50,946 nucleotides of DNA, taken from assembly GCA_964358425.1 (NCBI GenBank), contig CAYHON010000001.1, positions 21,609-72,554 on the forward strand, in the 5' to 3' direction. Positions 47,634-50,946 of the stretch are shown piece after piece (position 1 is the stretch's first letter; each line of letters starts with the position of its first letter). A program made the translations under genes and the position numbers. Below the pieces are notes generated by a model that saw only the letters and a list, made by a program, of their open reading frames with translations, was not told the DNA's origin and ran no database searches. This DNA comes from an uncultured Candidatus Saccharibacteria bacterium (GTDB lineage Bacteria > Patescibacteriota > Minisyncoccia > Sungbacterales > HO2-52-23).

Positions 47634-47664
47634 AAAAAACCTGCGATTAGCTCGCGGGTTTTTT
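47634..47664. terminator. Rho-independent terminator (bidirectional A-run/T-run)
   Basis: The sequence is AAAAAA-CCTGCGA-TTAGC-TCGCGGG-TTTTTT. Confidence 0.8.
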
Positions 47665-47716
47665 GTTTGGTAAAAATCTTTCGACAAGCTCAAGATAAAA
47701 TCAGTAAGAGAGGTTT

Positions 47717-48262
47717 TTAAAGACTGGGCAGGCAAGATTGATCTATTTCCAGTTTAAATTTTTGTCCGGGTTGGTAGAAATTTAAAAATTCTTCCTGTCT
47801 TAAATTAAACAGGGGGTCTATAATCATATATTTCCCCGGCGGTATGGGAGAATATTTTTGTCCGTAGTTGTCTAAAACGGTTTTTTCGTATGGCCCCAAG
47901 CGGACGGTGAGATCTTGCTTACTCCCGTTTTTTATTTTAAGGAGACAGCCGAATTTAGAACCGGCTTGAAGTTTTAATTTGGCCGGTTCAAATCCGTGGT
48001 CGGTATAATCTACCTCCAGCCCGTCAAAATTTTCTTCCGGCTCGGCTGAAATGTTAATCATGTTGTTGTCGGATGCCGAATTTGATTTTTCAGCGGAAGG
48101 GGACGCGCGGCCGGAACCGCGTTCGGCGGATTTTAATAATTCCAGAAGATAAGGTCCGCCGTAAACTACCACGGCGGAAATTAAAATAAGCAGAATTAAA
48201 AAGATAAACCAATTGTTTCGAAAAAAAATTATCCCCAAAATATAAGTTTTAGGCCGTCTCAA
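47717..48262 (-). CDS. Hypothetical membrane-anchored protein
   Basis: It is 181 aa with an N-terminal TM segment and a beta-rich C-terminal domain. It overlaps the upstream gene by 14 nt. Confidence 0.5.
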   Translation of the reverse strand: MRRPKTYILGIIFFRNNWFIFLILLILISAVVVYGGPYLLELLKSAERGSGRASPSAEKSNSASDNNMINISAEPEENFDGLEVDYTDHGFEPAKLKLQAGSKFGCLLKIKNGSKQDLTVRLGPYEKTVLDNYGQKYSPIPPGKYMIIDPLFNLRQEEFLNFYQPGQKFKLEIDQSCLPSL

Positions 48263-48914
48263 GGGGTTTTTTCTCCATCAACCCCAGCTCTTTTAGAGCT
48301 TGCTCATAAGTTTTTATAGCGTATTCTATCGTTTCGCGGGTATTTTGCAGGCCGGGGTCGTGGGCAATGGAGTTACGGAGGCGGTGAGCCGACCAAATCC
48401 GGTCCAGCGACGGCATCTGATGGGGGTCAACTATTTTCAGGCGGTCGGCCATAGATTCCCCCTGATAACCGAAACGAATTAAAACCTCATCCAGTAAAGA
48501 ATCGGCGTGCAGGACCGCCATGTTCCAATCCGAAGGATTGGTTGAGACCATCAGTTCCTGAATCCTCAGCCAATTGTTTTTTACTTCTTCCTTGGGGGAG
48601 ACGATATGGGTTGCGGCTGTTTCCAGCGCGAGGGTTTCGTGTTTCATCCGCGCATATATTTGTAAAAGCCTTATCAGGAAAATAATACCGGCCAGATTTA
48701 TAAGGGAGAAAACGATGGACATTATGAAGTTTATCCTCGGCCAATTGATGGAATAAATAAAATCCAGCGCCCGGTTATAAAAATCCAGGATGGGAGATAG
48801 GTATTTGCCGAAAACGGCTAAAAAACCCACGGTTATGAGTGCGGCAATAATTATTTCGGCGGTGATAGTGCTTAGCTCTTTTGAGCTCGGACCTTCTGGT
48901 TTTTGTGGAGGCAT
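48249..48914 (-). CDS. Two-TM protein with a C-terminal helical domain carrying an R-x4-H (HEPN/DUF4145-like) motif
   Basis: The TM segments are IIIAALITVGFLAVF and IMSIVFSLINLAGIIFLI. The C-terminus has WSAHRLRNSIAHDP. Confidence 0.45.
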   Translation of the reverse strand: MPPQKPEGPSSKELSTITAEIIIAALITVGFLAVFGKYLSPILDFYNRALDFIYSINWPRINFIMSIVFSLINLAGIIFLIRLLQIYARMKHETLALETAATHIVSPKEEVKNNWLRIQELMVSTNPSDWNMAVLHADSLLDEVLIRFGYQGESMADRLKIVDPHQMPSLDRIWSAHRLRNSIAHDPGLQNTRETIEYAIKTYEQALKELGLMEKKPLETA

Positions 48915-48921
48915 TGTTTAA

Positions 48922-50373
48922 TTATACAACTAAGAGGTTTTCTACTAAAGACGCGAAAGACAATAGCTTGCCGTCGTCGAACCGCCGTCCGATGAATTGT
49001 ATGCCTATCGGCAATTTTTGTCCGTCCTCCTCCACCAGTCCTCCCGGCAGGGAAATGGCGGGCAGGCCGGCCAAATTGACGGATACGGTATAAATATCTT
49101 CCAGATACATCTGGAGAGGATCGGCTGTTTTTTCTCCGAAACGCCAGGCCGGATTTGGCGCCGTCGGCCCGGCAATAAAATCTACTTCCTCCAAAACTCT
49201 GGCAAAATCTTGCTTGATAAGTTTTCTCACCTTTTGGGCCTTTAGATAATAGGCATCATAATAGCCGGCCGAAAGGATATATGTTCCCAAAATTATCCGT
49301 CGCTTTACTTCAGCTCCGAAGCCAAACGCGCGGGATAAATTATAGACCTCCAACAAATCGCGGGCTTGGTCAGAATGATGGCCATAGCGGATGCCGTCAA
49401 AACGCGCTAAATTGGCCGACACTTCCGCGGGCACTATTATATAGTATGCAGGCAGAGCGTATTTGGTGTGAGGAAGATCAACCTCTTTTAATGTTGCTCC
49501 CGCCTTCTCTAACCGGTCTAGAGCCGAGCGGATTGTTTTTTCTACTTTGGCGTCCAGTCCCCGCGCAAAGTATTGGCGGGGAACTCCTATTTTTATATTA
49601 GCCAAAGAAAAATCTTCGTCTGTGGGGATTTCTGTTTTTGATTTGGCGCCGGTGGAATCAAAATCGTCTCCGCCGGAGATGGCCGAAAACAGTATGCTGG
49701 CATCACGGGCGGTTTTGGTTAAGGGGCCGATTTGATCTAAAGACGAGGCCATAGCTATCAAACCATGGCGCGACACTGCTCCATAGGTCGGCTTGAAACC
49801 AACCACTCCGCAAAGGGCGGCCGGCTGGCGGATTGATCCGCCGGTATCCGAACCCAGCGCGCCTAAACAAAAGTTTGCTGCCACGGCCGCGGCTGAGCCG
49901 CCGGAGGATCCGCCGGGTACGCGAGACGGATCACGGGGATTTCGAGTCTGACCAAAAGCGGAATTTTCAGTTGATGACCCCATGGCGAATTCATCCAAGT
50001 TGGTTTTGCCCAGCAGAATTGCTCCCTGGTTTTTAAGTTTGGTTACGACTGTGGCATCGTAGGGCGCTACAAAATTTTCCAATATTTTTGATCCGGCCGT
50101 GCATTTTCTTCCTTCTATCAAGATATTATCTTTTACGGCCAGAGGTATGCCTAAAAGTGCCGGAAGATTTTTTTTATGATCCGCCAAAAGTTCATCGGCT
50201 TTTTGGGCCTGTTTCAAAGCATCTTCCGTAAAAACCTCAAGATAAGAATGTATTTTCTCATCCCCCTTTTTTATTTCCTCCAAGCAATCTGTGACAAGTT
50301 CTACGGAGGAAAAATCTTTTCTCCTTAAACCTTGCTGGGCCTCTACTATAGTAAGTTTGTTTAGATCAGTCAT
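48922..50373 (-). CDS. gatA: Glutamyl/aspartyl-tRNA amidotransferase subunit A
   Basis: It has the amidase signature GGSSGGSAAAVA and GSDTGGSIRQPA. Confidence 0.95.
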   Translation of the reverse strand: MTDLNKLTIVEAQQGLRRKDFSSVELVTDCLEEIKKGDEKIHSYLEVFTEDALKQAQKADELLADHKKNLPALLGIPLAVKDNILIEGRKCTAGSKILENFVAPYDATVVTKLKNQGAILLGKTNLDEFAMGSSTENSAFGQTRNPRDPSRVPGGSSGGSAAAVAANFCLGALGSDTGGSIRQPAALCGVVGFKPTYGAVSRHGLIAMASSLDQIGPLTKTARDASILFSAISGGDDFDSTGAKSKTEIPTDEDFSLANIKIGVPRQYFARGLDAKVEKTIRSALDRLEKAGATLKEVDLPHTKYALPAYYIIVPAEVSANLARFDGIRYGHHSDQARDLLEVYNLSRAFGFGAEVKRRIILGTYILSAGYYDAYYLKAQKVRKLIKQDFARVLEEVDFIAGPTAPNPAWRFGEKTADPLQMYLEDIYTVSVNLAGLPAISLPGGLVEEDGQKLPIGIQFIGRRFDDGKLLSFASLVENLLVV

Positions 50374-50665
50374 TGAATACTTTTTTTACTTTTATCCATC
50401 TTTGCTCGCGGTCGGGCGCCGCTTCAATCATTTTAGCTTGGTTTTTTTCCAGGTCTTTAGAAACTTGCCTATCCTCTCTATATATATTCTTAAAATCCGT
50501 TCCGCCTGTTAGGGGTTCTACTTTGGAGGTGTCCACCTCGTTTAATTTCTCCACGAATTCCAAAATAGCCGAAAGGTCTTTTTCGTATTTTTCTTTTTCA
50601 TCTTCGCTTAATTCTATGCGAGCTAGTCTGGCGATATGTTCAACTTCTTTTTTGGAAAGCATCAA
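50366..50665 (-). CDS. gatC: Glutamyl/aspartyl-tRNA amidotransferase subunit C
   Basis: It is 99 aa with VEHIARLARIELSEDE...L..IL.FVE.L.EVDT, and overlaps gatA by 8 nt. Confidence 0.9.
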   Translation of the reverse strand: MMLSKKEVEHIARLARIELSEDEKEKYEKDLSAILEFVEKLNEVDTSKVEPLTGGTDFKNIYREDRQVSKDLEKNQAKMIEAAPDREQRWIKVKKVFND

Positions 50666-50892
50666 ATTTATGATAGCAATTTTGCTGTCCGGTTGAAACT
50701 TGACAAATCTACTATTAAGAGTGTATTATAATTCTATAAATAAGGGTTTTTTGACATAACATTACTTACGAGTGGTCATAGCGAAAAATGGCTTAAAAGT
50801 AGGCCATTCCTCGCTATGACCACACAGGCCATGGTTCCTCCTCGGATTAGAGGAAAACGAAACGGGCAAATTAGCCCAAGGAGATACAATCA

Positions 50893-50946
50893 TGAGCACA
50901 GAATTCGCATCCGCCAGCCTCACCGCCGGCCAACTCAACGCCATCG
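50893..50946 (+). CDS. 5' end of an ORF running off the window (MSTEFASASLTAGQLNAI...)
   Basis: A strong SD (AAGGAG) lies 8 nt upstream of the ATG. The local sequence looks more GC-rich than the rest of the window by eye. Confidence 0.4.

Noticed and set aside
47432-47735. Minus-strand ORFs 47432..47629 and 47505..47735
   Set aside because: They run antisense through the structured RNA and across the terminator hairpin. No start context or motifs were found.
50762-50944. 60 aa minus-strand ORF at the window edge
   Set aside because: It overlaps the structured leader and the better-supported plus-strand start with a strong SD. Its composition looks like antisense translation.

Overview
This 51 kb window is gene-dense, with about 45 CDS, most of them on the minus strand. 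It holds 6 intact tRNA genes plus several tRNA fragments. The content is mainly divergent housekeeping genes: rsmA, pcrA/uvrD, comM, pnp, rpsO, cca, valS, tsaD, folA, thyA, tmk, rplK, nusG, secE, gyrB, a single-chain PheRS, and gatCA. These are mixed with large, compositionally odd membrane or secreted proteins and two small RelE-type toxin-antitoxin cassettes. Four features suggest a reduced Candidate Phyla Radiation (Patescibacteria/Parcubacteria-like) genome: rplK is not followed by rplA, gyrB is split by an intein, short palindromic repeats sit in-frame inside essential genes, and Gly/Pro-rich giant envelope proteins are present. That placement is inference from memory, not a database result. 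The items I consider most worth follow-up are listed here.
1. Region 18015-18365 holds a concentric arrangement of tRNA 5' halves, an intact tRNA-Lys and tRNA 3' halves, bracketed by nested inverted repeats and lying next to a TA cassette.
2. Region 47299-47664 is a roughly 330 nt highly structured RNA with its own promoter and terminator that I cannot assign to any known family.
3. Gene 43761-44897 encodes a mitochondrial (FARS2)-type single-chain PheRS.
4. Region 1-6841 is an envelope operon that ends in a PrgI-like start, suggesting a T4SS-like machine.
5. Structured repeat elements are inserted in-frame in tsaD and valS.
6. A TA cassette is flanked by a duplicated tsaD 3' end.
7. Region 7701-7930 is a TIR-bounded 230 bp structured intergenic element.
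I saw no rRNA and no CRISPR array. All product calls rest on motif recognition by eye. Start codons are uncertain where noted.
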